Positions 35,919-45,359 of a stretch of DNA of 64,000 nt are shown piece after piece. Below the pieces are notes generated by a model that saw nothing but the letters and a program-made list of their open reading frames with translations, ran no database searches and was not told where the DNA came from. The position numbers were made by a program, and so were the translations under genes. Every line of letters starts with the position of its first letter. Position 1 is the stretch's first letter. The DNA is from an uncultured bacterium (GTDB lineage: Bacteria; Zixibacteria; MSB-5A5; UBA10806). The stretch is from positions 96,001 to 160,000 of the forward strand of contig CBEUCH010000007.1 in NCBI GenBank assembly GCA_965541585.1, read 5' to 3'.

Positions 35919-37358
35919 TTACATGAAGAACTTGAAACTATAGGGCCTTCGGGTAAGTTCTGGCATTCTTTTAACTACTCTTGCGAGAATCTTTGAGTAA
36001 CCCAAGGTAATTGGCAAGCGATCATAAAGGCTATCATTGTTCCAATTCATTTTGGTCAATCCAAGAATTTCTGTACAAATATCATCCCAACTACTATGCC
36101 CACCATATCTCTTTATCACCAAAGGGAATGGTATGCCTTTACCTTCCTTGAAAAAATTGCCCTCTTTCAATATTGATTTTACATTCCCTTGCGTCCACAA
36201 TAGCATATCTCTTGTACCTAGTTGAAGATAAGTTCCTCTTTGACAAGGATAACGTTGTACGCTGCCTTTCTTTCCTACACCGAATGGAGGGGGGCCAAAG
36301 AAAATCCCACGCCACGGAGTGCTTACTTGAATTTGTATTAAATCTAATCCCACTGGTGCCTTCCACGCGTCAAAACAACCTTCAATTTCCTCTTTTTTAA
36401 ATTCTGTTGACTTGTGGATTATGACACGCTTTGGTGTCCTACCTCCATGTCTTCCTTGGTATATTCCCAATGCCCTAACCATTAAACGTCGCATGTCAGA
36501 TCTGTTTAAAAAAGGATTATCACCGTCCAACTGGATATTATCAGATTCATAAAGAATAAATTCTAAACCAGTCCCGTCAGAATCAAAAACTTGGCTGCAA
36601 CAAGTTACGAATCTGGGTTTAGCGGATGAGCGAACTGCATAACTTATGCCGACATATGCAGTTTCTGGGCTAGTATCTGCTAATTTCCATGGTATACCTC
36701 CCGCCTTGCAATATAATGCCAAGCTAAGTCGCCACATTACACTGCATCTACATTTATATTGAAAAACCCTATCTTCGCGAAGGATTTGCATCGGTATATT
36801 TTGAACAGCGGTTATCGCTTTCAAATGGTCATGTAAATCGAATTCATCACCCGTAAAACCTACAAAACATTTTGCCCATTTTTCAGGCAATAAGATAACT
36901 AGTATATCAAAATCGGATCGTTGGGCGTTTATTTGAGTTATTGCATGGCCTAAGCTTTGCGCAAGTATGGCTTGTGGCTTGTCGGATAGAGATATTTGTT
37001 CATCTAACTCCCTCGGCAATTCAATAAAAGCACTATTAGATGCTAAGACAAAGCGGATTCCGAAAATATTTGAAAATCCACGAAAATCAGGTAAATATTG
37101 TCGACGCTCGATTGGCTTATGAGAATTCTCTAATTCTTGAATAAGGAATTTCAATTGGCTTTTATATCCAGAAGGAATAATGGCACCAACTCTAATTGGG
37201 TCCATAACACTATTTACCATTGCCCGACTTAGAGGCCCGAATTTATCTAATCCTAGTAATGGATGAGGACTTCGATCTTCTGATCGAACAGGATGAAATA
37301 TTAATTCATTTTCTAAAATATTCCCGAAAGCTGGCATTTCGTACGGCTTAAAACCCAT
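35919..37358 (-). CDS. Short prokaryotic Argonaute (MID-PIWI, predicted catalytically inactive)
   Basis: HPLLGL..FGP, DLHDHLKA......IPMQ, LSLALYCKAGG.PWKL, AYVGISY, CCSQVFD..G, RVIIHKSTEF, LTKMNWN...LY..LP.T, C-terminal FM. Confidence 0.95.
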   Translation of the reverse strand: MGFKPYEMPAFGNILENELIFHPVRSEDRSPHPLLGLDKFGPLSRAMVNSVMDPIRVGAIIPSGYKSQLKFLIQELENSHKPIERRQYLPDFRGFSNIFGIRFVLASNSAFIELPRELDEQISLSDKPQAILAQSLGHAITQINAQRSDFDILVILLPEKWAKCFVGFTGDEFDLHDHLKAITAVQNIPMQILREDRVFQYKCRCSVMWRLSLALYCKAGGIPWKLADTSPETAYVGISYAVRSSAKPRFVTCCSQVFDSDGTGLEFILYESDNIQLDGDNPFLNRSDMRRLMVRALGIYQGRHGGRTPKRVIIHKSTEFKKEEIEGCFDAWKAPVGLDLIQIQVSTPWRGIFFGPPPFGVGKKGSVQRYPCQRGTYLQLGTRDMLLWTQGNVKSILKEGNFFKEGKGIPFPLVIKRYGGHSSWDDICTEILGLTKMNWNNDSLYDRLPITLGYSKILARVVKRMPELTRRPYSFKFFM

Positions 37359-37360
37359 GA

Positions 37361-39082
37361 TTACCTTTGCTTTCTGCTAAATGCCGTTATGTTTAAAATC
37401 CTAAATTTCGCGTCTAAGCCATCAATATTTCCAAATGCACTAATCTCACTTTCACTATTTCCAGCAGTGATAATTCTACCCCAAGCTTCCATAATCCCAT
37501 TCCATTCCCGATTGTATCTACGAGCTAACCTTTCTCTAATAAATTCTTTTGTCAAGTCTGCGTCAGGATCATCTTTTTTATATTCCACATAAATCGATGG
37601 TTCGATTAATAGCCAGAGATTGTCTAATCTGTGTTCCAATTTAAATGCTAGAGATTCCCTCCATATAAGCTCTGTCTTTGGTATTTTACCGTAAAGCTGT
37701 CTTACCACTTTTCGTAATGGATCGAAAATTCTATTACTTGCTTCTGCCAGGTCTATTATAGCAAGATATGAACCTCTTCTTTTTACAACTTGGAGCGGCC
37801 GTTGGCGGCAAAGTGAAAGACTGAGCGCAGAATAAAGAAGATCATATTCAATTGATTCAAAGCGTAATCTGTCTTTCTCTAAAGGATATAAATCAAATTT
37901 TGTAATATTATATTTATCAAATATTTTTCTCAAAGTTGAATCAGAACCGAAAGCTAATACACCCGCCCTTCTTCTAGTCGCAATGACATCTGCTTTAGAT
38001 TCTTCGATAACTTTCTTTACTTCCTTAATACCCCCAATTTCACATTTAATTAGCCGACAAACATTTGGAAAGGCGGAAACAAGAAAAGCATTCAATCTTA
38101 TTAGTGGCCAACCATTGCCCGGTTTAGGCACAGGGACATCAATAACTCTTGGTTTTTCATCGTTAATATATTTTTGAATGTAATGCGGAATATTCCCAAA
38201 CAAGTTTATCATATCGCCGAGTAGTTCATCAAAAGTTTCACATTCAATTATATGGGCGTCGATTTTCCGTTCTTTTGCTTTTGATACCAGATCTTCGACT
38301 TCCTTAGATATCGAGATTGTAGAAGGATGGAACCAGAACAAACCGTTGGGGAAACCGTCATGTTCAACAACTTTTTTAAATATTTCCATAATAGAATCAT
38401 CACGGCCACTATATCCTGAAACAGCCAAACCGTAGTTTAAGCAAGCTTTAAATAAGTCGTTTCGAAGGTTGGCATCCTCTATTTTTAATTCTCGCGAAAT
38501 GTTTTTGAGTCTACGGGAGTGAAAATCACCATGTAATTTAACTAACAATGGCCATCTGTTTTCAGCCAACGCCTCTGAAGCAATAGTTGAATTATCTAGA
38601 GTTGCAATAACAAGATCTCCAGTACGTTCAAAAATAGAATATACGGCATCCTCAATAATCTTATCGAAATTTGTGGTCCATACAATTCTGGCCTTATCTA
38701 ATTTCAATAAAGCTGCAAGAATCAAATGGCCATAAGACGATGTTGCCTCTTTCATTAATTTGTCAATGTGCAAACGACGATCCTTATCATCTTGAAAAGC
38801 ACTTTCGAAATAGAAGGCATATTCATCCTTGCTGTTAAGGGGAGGAAAATTGCCGGTACTATCAAAAAAATGCTGCAATCTATCTCTTAATAACGGATCA
38901 TTTAGGTCTCTACAAGTTTCAAGGGGGATTTTGTTTTTTGTGCAATAAATGAGTCTCTTAAAATCCCATATCATATGTACAGCAGTGGGTATTCCTGCCG
39001 AGGAAGATGTCCCCGCGCCCAAAAACCACATAATATTCTGGGCACGCAAGGAATATAATCGCAAGAAATTATCAATCTGCAT
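37361..39082 (-). CDS. SIR2-APAZ NADase partner of short pAgo (SPARSA-type)
   Basis: MWFLGAGTSSSAGIPTA, WTTNFD, LVKLHGDF, GYSGRDDSIM; C-terminal APAZ-like region (W.E....KLE.....LWLLIEP, R...RYN); 2 nt from the pAgo start. Confidence 0.93.
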   Translation of the reverse strand: MQIDNFLRLYSLRAQNIMWFLGAGTSSSAGIPTAVHMIWDFKRLIYCTKNKIPLETCRDLNDPLLRDRLQHFFDSTGNFPPLNSKDEYAFYFESAFQDDKDRRLHIDKLMKEATSSYGHLILAALLKLDKARIVWTTNFDKIIEDAVYSIFERTGDLVIATLDNSTIASEALAENRWPLLVKLHGDFHSRRLKNISRELKIEDANLRNDLFKACLNYGLAVSGYSGRDDSIMEIFKKVVEHDGFPNGLFWFHPSTISISKEVEDLVSKAKERKIDAHIIECETFDELLGDMINLFGNIPHYIQKYINDEKPRVIDVPVPKPGNGWPLIRLNAFLVSAFPNVCRLIKCEIGGIKEVKKVIEESKADVIATRRRAGVLAFGSDSTLRKIFDKYNITKFDLYPLEKDRLRFESIEYDLLYSALSLSLCRQRPLQVVKRRGSYLAIIDLAEASNRIFDPLRKVVRQLYGKIPKTELIWRESLAFKLEHRLDNLWLLIEPSIYVEYKKDDPDADLTKEFIRERLARRYNREWNGIMEAWGRIITAGNSESEISAFGNIDGLDAKFRILNITAFSRKQR

Positions 39083-39128
39083 TTTCAGTTCCCAGATTAT
39101 TAAGGATATTCTACAAGTAACCTAAAGA

Positions 39129-39157
39129 ATTATATATTATTATTGTGTATATTTCAA
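39129..39157 (-). promoter_or_regulatory. Sigma70 promoter of the SIR2-APAZ/pAgo operon
   Basis: Minus strand TTGAAA (39157-39152), 17-nt spacer, TATAAT (39134-39129). Confidence 0.8.
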
Positions 39158-39199
39158 CCGAATTCTTAAACGGGTTTTCTTGCCTAATAAGAATCTCTC

Positions 39200-40534
39200 C
39201 TACAGCCCCATCCTGCCGAAATACTCCCTGGTGGCTTTGACCACCTTGGGGGAGAGTAGCAGGGCGCCGATCAAAGTCGGAATGGCCATGGTCGCAAACA
39301 TGGTGTCGAGAAGATTCAAGACGATATCCTGAGACCAGATGGCCCCGAAAAACATACTCGCTATATAAACATAAACATATCTGCTGCCGAACTTGTAACC
39401 GAACAGATAGCGGGAGCATTTAAGGCTGTAATAGGAATAGGAAATCATCGTAGAAACAGAGAACAGTATTATAACCAGCGTCATTATGTATCGTCCCAGC
39501 CCGGGCATGGCATGCTCGAAGGCGCTGACCGTCATCACCACGCCGTCCTCGGCCGCAGGAACACCGGTGGATAGTATTACCAGGGCGGTCATGGTGCAGA
39601 CGATGTTGGTATCCAGAAACGGCCCCAGCATGGCGATCAATCCCTCGCGCACCGGCTCGTCGGTCTTGGCCGCGCCGTGGGCCATGGGGGCCGTGCCCAA
39701 CCCGGCTTCGTTGGAGAAGGCCGCCCGCCGGATGCCCGTAATCAGGACCTGCCTGAACGCTAATGCGGTACCGCCCCCGATGATGGCCTGCCCGCCAAAG
39801 GCCGAGGTCACTATTGATGATAAAATGCCCGGAACCGCTGTAATATTAGTTAAGATTACGTACAGAGCCGAGATGAAATAAAGCACGAACATGGCCGGAA
39901 CGACTCTGCTGGTCACCAGCCCGACACGAACGATGCCGCCTATAATAACAACCCCGACAATCAACATACAGACTATTCCGGTACCGACCCTCGGAATACC
40001 CCAATCGCTGCTGAGCAGGCCCGAAAGCTGGTTTACCTGGAACATTGCCAGGCAGCCGATCATGCCGACTACCGCAAACATGATTGCCAGCGGCTTGAAA
40101 TATTTGCCCAGACCGACTTCGATGAAATACATCGGTCCGCCCTGGTCGATTCCGCGTTCGTCTTTTTTCCGATATAACGTCGCCAGCGTGCAGGTGAAAT
40201 ATTTGGTGGACATCCCTACCAGCCCGGCGACCCACATCCAGAAGATAGCGCCCGGTCCGCCCAGCGAAACGGCAATGGCGACTCCTGCAATATTACCCAT
40301 ACCTATTGTCGCCGACAGCGCCGAGGAGAGCGCCTGGAAATGGCTGATCTCTCCCGGATCATCGGGATTATCGAATTTGCCCCTCAGGATATCTATCGAA
40401 TGTCTTAATCCGCTAAACGGCAGAAACCTGCCAGCAATGGTAAAATAAATACCGGCGCTGATCAGTAGGATAACCAGGGGGAGACCCCAGGCTATATCAA
40501 CTGCGGCGGCCCAGAAACTACCGAAGATTTCCAA
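39200..40534 (-). CDS. agcS: Alanine/glycine:cation symporter (AGCS family)
   Basis: ISHFQAL..ALSATIGMGNIAGVA.A...GGPGAIFWMW, GGPMY, R..FSNEAGLG, FLDT..VCTMT. Confidence 0.93.
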   Translation of the reverse strand: MEIFGSFWAAAVDIAWGLPLVILLISAGIYFTIAGRFLPFSGLRHSIDILRGKFDNPDDPGEISHFQALSSALSATIGMGNIAGVAIAVSLGGPGAIFWMWVAGLVGMSTKYFTCTLATLYRKKDERGIDQGGPMYFIEVGLGKYFKPLAIMFAVVGMIGCLAMFQVNQLSGLLSSDWGIPRVGTGIVCMLIVGVVIIGGIVRVGLVTSRVVPAMFVLYFISALYVILTNITAVPGILSSIVTSAFGGQAIIGGGTALAFRQVLITGIRRAAFSNEAGLGTAPMAHGAAKTDEPVREGLIAMLGPFLDTNIVCTMTALVILSTGVPAAEDGVVMTVSAFEHAMPGLGRYIMTLVIILFSVSTMISYSYYSLKCSRYLFGYKFGSRYVYVYIASMFFGAIWSQDIVLNLLDTMFATMAIPTLIGALLLSPKVVKATREYFGRMGL

Positions 40535-40900
40535 ACTGATATTCTCTTGCTGATGATGAGTCGGTTGACCGGATCAATTGCTGCATTGCCGGATAATATA
40601 TTAGAGTAATCATCCCGAGTAAAAGGAAAAGTTTGATGATTTTGATTTTTTACAATCGGTCATGCAGGTACCATAATTTCGTGTAATGGCAATTTAACGC
40701 TGTTAAATGAAGTCAACATGCGCCATTTTTCATTGACCTTTGTTCAAAAAATCATTAATTGTGCATAATGAACGAGCCTCCTGCTGATCTTCCCACGGGG
40801 ACAATACAGGCGAAAATCCCCTTTGTCTGTCGAAACGACAACCCGTGGGGATTGAAAATTAGATTATATTATCAGTGGCATTATTCAACGAGTCGAGTAG

Positions 40901-43900
40901 ATGAAATATAAGCTGGTCGCTGCCATAATTCTGATTCCGGCATTGGCAGGTGCAGAAAAAGCATATTTTCAGCAGGACGTAACCTATGACATAAAAGCAG
41001 AGCTTGACACCGATTCAGCGGTGCTGGCGGGAATCGAGAATATCAATTATATCAACAATTCGCCGGATACCCTTCATGAAATCTATTTTCATCTTTTCTA
41101 TAACGCTTTTCAACCGGGAAGCTACCTGGATATGCAGAGTCGGGAGCGGGGTTATTATCGTATATCCCGGCTCAATGAAAAAGACCGCGGGTATATGAAT
41201 ATCGATTTGATAAAGATCGATGAAATCGAGATTGAAGATTATGTGATTGACAATACTATTATGAGGATTCCTCTGGCGACGCCACTTGGACCCTCCGATT
41301 CGGTTTCCTTCTATATAGAATTCACAGGCCAGATACCAAAACGGGGGAGCCGCGCGGCTCACAGGGGAAAACAATTCGATATCGGGCAGTGGTATCCGAA
41401 ACCGGTGGTCTATGATCGATACGGCTGGCACGTTCATCAACATCTCGATCACGAATTTTACGCTGAATTCGCCGATTTCAATATCGAACTGACATTACCG
41501 GCGGATTATATAGTTGCCCATATGGGGAAGCTTCTGAATGAAGAGGAGATATTCGGCGCCAAGCTTCCGATGCCCGAGGGGGATTCGATTATTACGAACG
41601 CCGTTGAAACTCTGGAGATAGACTCCGCAAAAGCAGAAATCGACGAGATAGAGGTTGCGGAAGATACTGCCGGATCGCCGATGAGCGATACCAGTAGTAC
41701 AGATCTTGAAATAGCCGAAGATGCCCAAGATACCATTGAAGTTATTACTGAAGAACTGGATCTAAAGACCTGGAGGATCAGAGCGGAAAACGTGCACGAT
41801 TTCAGTTTTTGCGCCGATCCGAAATTCATCATGGATATTTGCCGCTATAAGGATACCGTAATTAAAACGTATTATAAGAAATCGACGAAGAAAAGATGGG
41901 AATATGATGTAGCCGACTATACCAGAAAAGCGATACGTCTTTTTTCCGAAAACTATTTCCCCTATCCGTATGGTCAGTTTTCGACTGTGGCATCGCTGGT
42001 GAGCAGCGGCGGCATGGAATATCCGCAGCTAACCATGATCTCGCAGCGATCGGCCTTCCGGGGTGAGCAGTATCTTCGCATTGAATCGATAATCGGGCAC
42101 GAGTTAGGGCATGCCTGGTTCGCCGGAATCCTGGGATTCAATGAGACTGAGCAAAGTTTCTTAGACGAAGGTTTGGCCTCGTTTGCCACCATACAGTATA
42201 TGGAACGTTATCACGGGAGACGGCATAACAATTTTGCATACAAAAAGAAATGGCAGAGAAAGCTGCTTCCCAACGGCGACGAACGGAACGATGACCAGAA
42301 AAGATATATCTCCAGAGCTATATTGAAAAACGCCGACCCGATGATTACTCCGCCCAACCTGTTCAAGAGCGACAGGTATTATAGCGCCTCTTATTACAAG
42401 GCATCGACAGTCTATCTTATGCTTCAATACGTTCTTGGAGACGAACAATTTGACCGGTTTATGAAGTTGCTTTTCGAAAAATGGGCTTTCAAGCATCCCT
42501 ATCTGTCCGACCTTCAGGCGGTCGCGGAAGAGATCTACGGCGGCAATCTCGACTGGTTTTTCCGGCAATGGTTTACTACCACCTGGATACTTGATTATTC
42601 TCTCGATCGGTTTAAGACCGGGACGACAATAGTCGATGGCGTCCCCGGTTTCAGCACTATGGTTTCGATCGGAAAACGGGGCCGCTGCATATCCCCGCTT
42701 GACGTGACATTCTATTTTGAAGATGGATCGACCGATACCGTATACATTCCTGTCGATGTCTGGATAGATGGTCAGACGAAATTCGATACGACGCTGTTTT
42801 TCCCGACAAAGCCCGAGAAGGCCGTCATCAACCCTGATGTTCGCCTGGGAGATATTAACCGTTTGAATAACTCTTCCGGTCTTCCGCCTGTAAACTGGCA
42901 ATTCATGGTACCGAGATTTATCTACCGCGACAATTATGTCGAGAATTATGTCGAATCTTACACGATCGCTCATAACCCGACCGTCTGGTATAATTCGGTC
43001 GATGGTGTCAAAACAGGCTACCGATTCGATGGTTCGCATTTAGGCGTAGTAAAGAAAATGCAGCTTGAAGTGTCTCTGGGCTTGAATAACAGGGCTGTAA
43101 ATTACGATGCGGGATTTACCGACAGGCTTGTGGGAATCAATCCAAATCTGCAATACCATTTCAGATCACGGGAACTGGAGGGGCGAGGGCGACAGGAGGC
43201 AGGTATATTCTGGGATCGCAGGTCAAGGCGGAGCGGTAACTTTTTCCGAATGGATCTATCGCTTAACAGGAACTACCAATATGATTCCGAATATATCTAT
43301 GGCGCCGGCTGGTCTATAGGCGATATCAACACAATTGAATTGAACATTGCAAGACGGCAGGGAAAGCGTTTCAGTGAAATTTATTTTCGGACGTCGTTAA
43401 TATCGTCGATACCGGGAACAGATTATAATTTTACGAGGGCCGAAGCCGATCTGACATTCATTTTGTTCGGGATCGTGGGAAACGATACCCGTATCCACAT
43501 AAAAGGCGGTATCTCCGACGGAAACGTTCCCCTTGAGCGGCGGTTCTTTTTATCATCGGCCGACCCATACGAGATCTGGGAATCGCCCCTGTTTAGAAGC
43601 AAGGGAACGCTGCCCGACCAATGGAAGGATGACGGGCATCTGTTTAAGCCGGGCGGCGCCGGGTTGTATGGCTACCTTGATCAGGGCTTGACCGGCACCC
43701 GCATGGTATCGGCGAAGATCGAGCGAGATCTGCCGAGGATACGATTTCCGGTATCAATTCCTTATCTCTCCAAGCAGGTCAGGAGCATAGCGCCGACAAT
43801 GTATCTGGCGTCGGGGTATGTCTGGGAAGAACCCGAAAACATGAAGATTGATGATATATTATCCGAAGCCGGGCTATCTTTCAATTACAGCATTCCTTAC

Positions 43901-44017
43901 CTGAATCTGTTCATCACCGAAAACGAATTGACCCTATACTTGCCGCTGTGGTTGTCCGATCCGGATTCGGATGAAGATAGGTTCAAGTGGCGCTGGCTTT
44001 TCAGTGTAACCCCATAA
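40901..44017 (+). CDS. M1 family metallopeptidase with long C-terminal beta-rich region
   Basis: YFQQ.V.Y.I, QWYPK, GGMEYP, HELGHAWF...E..FLDEG, YYKA. Confidence 0.88.
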   Translation: MKYKLVAAIILIPALAGAEKAYFQQDVTYDIKAELDTDSAVLAGIENINYINNSPDTLHEIYFHLFYNAFQPGSYLDMQSRERGYYRISRLNEKDRGYMNIDLIKIDEIEIEDYVIDNTIMRIPLATPLGPSDSVSFYIEFTGQIPKRGSRAAHRGKQFDIGQWYPKPVVYDRYGWHVHQHLDHEFYAEFADFNIELTLPADYIVAHMGKLLNEEEIFGAKLPMPEGDSIITNAVETLEIDSAKAEIDEIEVAEDTAGSPMSDTSSTDLEIAEDAQDTIEVITEELDLKTWRIRAENVHDFSFCADPKFIMDICRYKDTVIKTYYKKSTKKRWEYDVADYTRKAIRLFSENYFPYPYGQFSTVASLVSSGGMEYPQLTMISQRSAFRGEQYLRIESIIGHELGHAWFAGILGFNETEQSFLDEGLASFATIQYMERYHGRRHNNFAYKKKWQRKLLPNGDERNDDQKRYISRAILKNADPMITPPNLFKSDRYYSASYYKASTVYLMLQYVLGDEQFDRFMKLLFEKWAFKHPYLSDLQAVAEEIYGGNLDWFFRQWFTTTWILDYSLDRFKTGTTIVDGVPGFSTMVSIGKRGRCISPLDVTFYFEDGSTDTVYIPVDVWIDGQTKFDTTLFFPTKPEKAVINPDVRLGDINRLNNSSGLPPVNWQFMVPRFIYRDNYVENYVESYTIAHNPTVWYNSVDGVKTGYRFDGSHLGVVKKMQLEVSLGLNNRAVNYDAGFTDRLVGINPNLQYHFRSRELEGRGRQEAGIFWDRRSRRSGNFFRMDLSLNRNYQYDSEYIYGAGWSIGDINTIELNIARRQGKRFSEIYFRTSLISSIPGTDYNFTRAEADLTFILFGIVGNDTRIHIKGGISDGNVPLERRFFLSSADPYEIWESPLFRSKGTLPDQWKDDGHLFKPGGAGLYGYLDQGLTGTRMVSAKIERDLPRIRFPVSIPYLSKQVRSIAPTMYLASGYVWEEPENMKIDDILSEAGLSFNYSIPYLNLFITENELTLYLPLWLSDPDSDEDRFKWRWLFSVTP

Positions 44018-44027
44018 GGAGGAGAGA

Positions 44028-45359
44028 ATGATATTGCGTCTGATGGCAGGAACCGTTGCTTTAATAATGGCAAACAGTATGGCCGTATCGGCGGAAAGAG
44101 AAATAGCAATAAATATCTATAATGATGGTTTCTCGCAGATAACCGAGAAACGCACAGTGGAGCTCGATCGAGGACAGGAATTTATCGAGCTTTCGGATAT
44201 TGCCGAGAAGATTGATCCCGGCTCCATCACGGTGACCAGCGACGATTTCGAGATCAAATGGATCGATTACAAATATGATCTTGTCTCGGCAGAACGGCTG
44301 TTGTATAAGTTCGTTGGCAACGAGATTCAGATCCAGAAAGGTGATTCTTTAATTACTGGCATTCTGGTGAGATATGATAAGAAATATCTTTTCGTGGCTT
44401 CACAGGGCTGGCCCGGGCCGGTATCGATTTACGAACGCGAGGACCTAAAAAATATCGATCTCCCGACGCTTCCCGAGGGACTGGTCAGCCGTCCGACAAT
44501 TAGTGTCGGGATTAACTCGAAGGGCTCGGGGAAGAAGGATCTAAAACTTTCATATCTGACCACCGGGCTGGGATGGCAGGCGGAATACCATCTTGAATAC
44601 GATGGCGGCAAAAGAGGCGAGCTTTCAGCCTGGATCAGTCTCGACAACCAATGCGGTCTGTCGTTTCCCCGGGCCAGCCTCGTTCTTGTCGCGGGACAGG
44701 TTGAACGGGACAAGCCGACGCCTGGATCGGCCGACAAATTCGCGGAGGGTCGATCCGAAAAAACGGGCAAATCAAGCCTGGAACCTCTTGTGGATTATCA
44801 TCGCTTCAGACTTCCGTTCGAGATCGCTGTGGGTGAGCGGGAATCCAAACAGGCGGCCCTGTTCTTACCGATGAAGATCGATGTCGATCATTATTATAAA
44901 TATCAATGGTCGGAGACCAAATCCGCCGTCAAGTCGATAATCGCCTTTAAGAATGATAAAAAATCGGGGCTCGGTTTTCCGTTACCGCCCGGGAGGATCG
45001 GGATAATCGATAATAAGACCGGTACGTTCCTGGGATCGGGGAAGTTCGAAGGCACGCCAGCGGGAGAGGACGCCGAAGTATTTATAGGAACTGCATTCGA
45101 TATTAAGGTCGAAAAGAAACGGACAGATCATAGAAAGTTGGGACGTAACAGAAATGCCGACAGCTTCGAGATCCAGATCAGGAATCATAAAGCTGATAAT
45201 ATTAATTTGATCATTGTCGAGGAACTCTACGGATACTGGGAGATCGTCGAAAAGAGCGACGACTATACAAAGGAAGATTTCCAGACGATTGAATTCGATG
45301 TCAATGTCCCTGCCGGCGCTGAAAAGGTCATTACCTATACCGTGGAGTATGGATATTGA
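44028..45359 (+). CDS. DUF4139/DUF4140 domain protein
   Basis: INIYN.GF....E.R, LSYLT.GL.W.A.Y, LVAG.V, GLG.PLP.G, GTAFDI, I.IRNHK. Confidence 0.85.
   Translation: MILRLMAGTVALIMANSMAVSAEREIAINIYNDGFSQITEKRTVELDRGQEFIELSDIAEKIDPGSITVTSDDFEIKWIDYKYDLVSAERLLYKFVGNEIQIQKGDSLITGILVRYDKKYLFVASQGWPGPVSIYEREDLKNIDLPTLPEGLVSRPTISVGINSKGSGKKDLKLSYLTTGLGWQAEYHLEYDGGKRGELSAWISLDNQCGLSFPRASLVLVAGQVERDKPTPGSADKFAEGRSEKTGKSSLEPLVDYHRFRLPFEIAVGERESKQAALFLPMKIDVDHYYKYQWSETKSAVKSIIAFKNDKKSGLGFPLPPGRIGIIDNKTGTFLGSGKFEGTPAGEDAEVFIGTAFDIKVEKKRTDHRKLGRNRNADSFEIQIRNHKADNINLIIVEELYGYWEIVEKSDDYTKEDFQTIEFDVNVPAGAEKVITYTVEYGY

Noticed and set aside
35857..39199. Transposon or prophage carrying the Argonaute operon
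   Set aside because: No transposase, integrase, terminal inverted repeats or convincing target-site duplication seen
40535..40900. Glycine riboswitch upstream of the alanine/glycine symporter
   Set aside because: Consensus elements (GGAGA, CCGAAGG, CTCAGG) are not present in order on the minus strand
42161..43039. 292-aa antisense ORF and other long shadow ORFs (e.g. 12614-13153, 34079-34639, 59275-59901)
   Set aside because: They overlap well-supported genes on the opposite strand, have no motifs, and are typical codon-bias shadows
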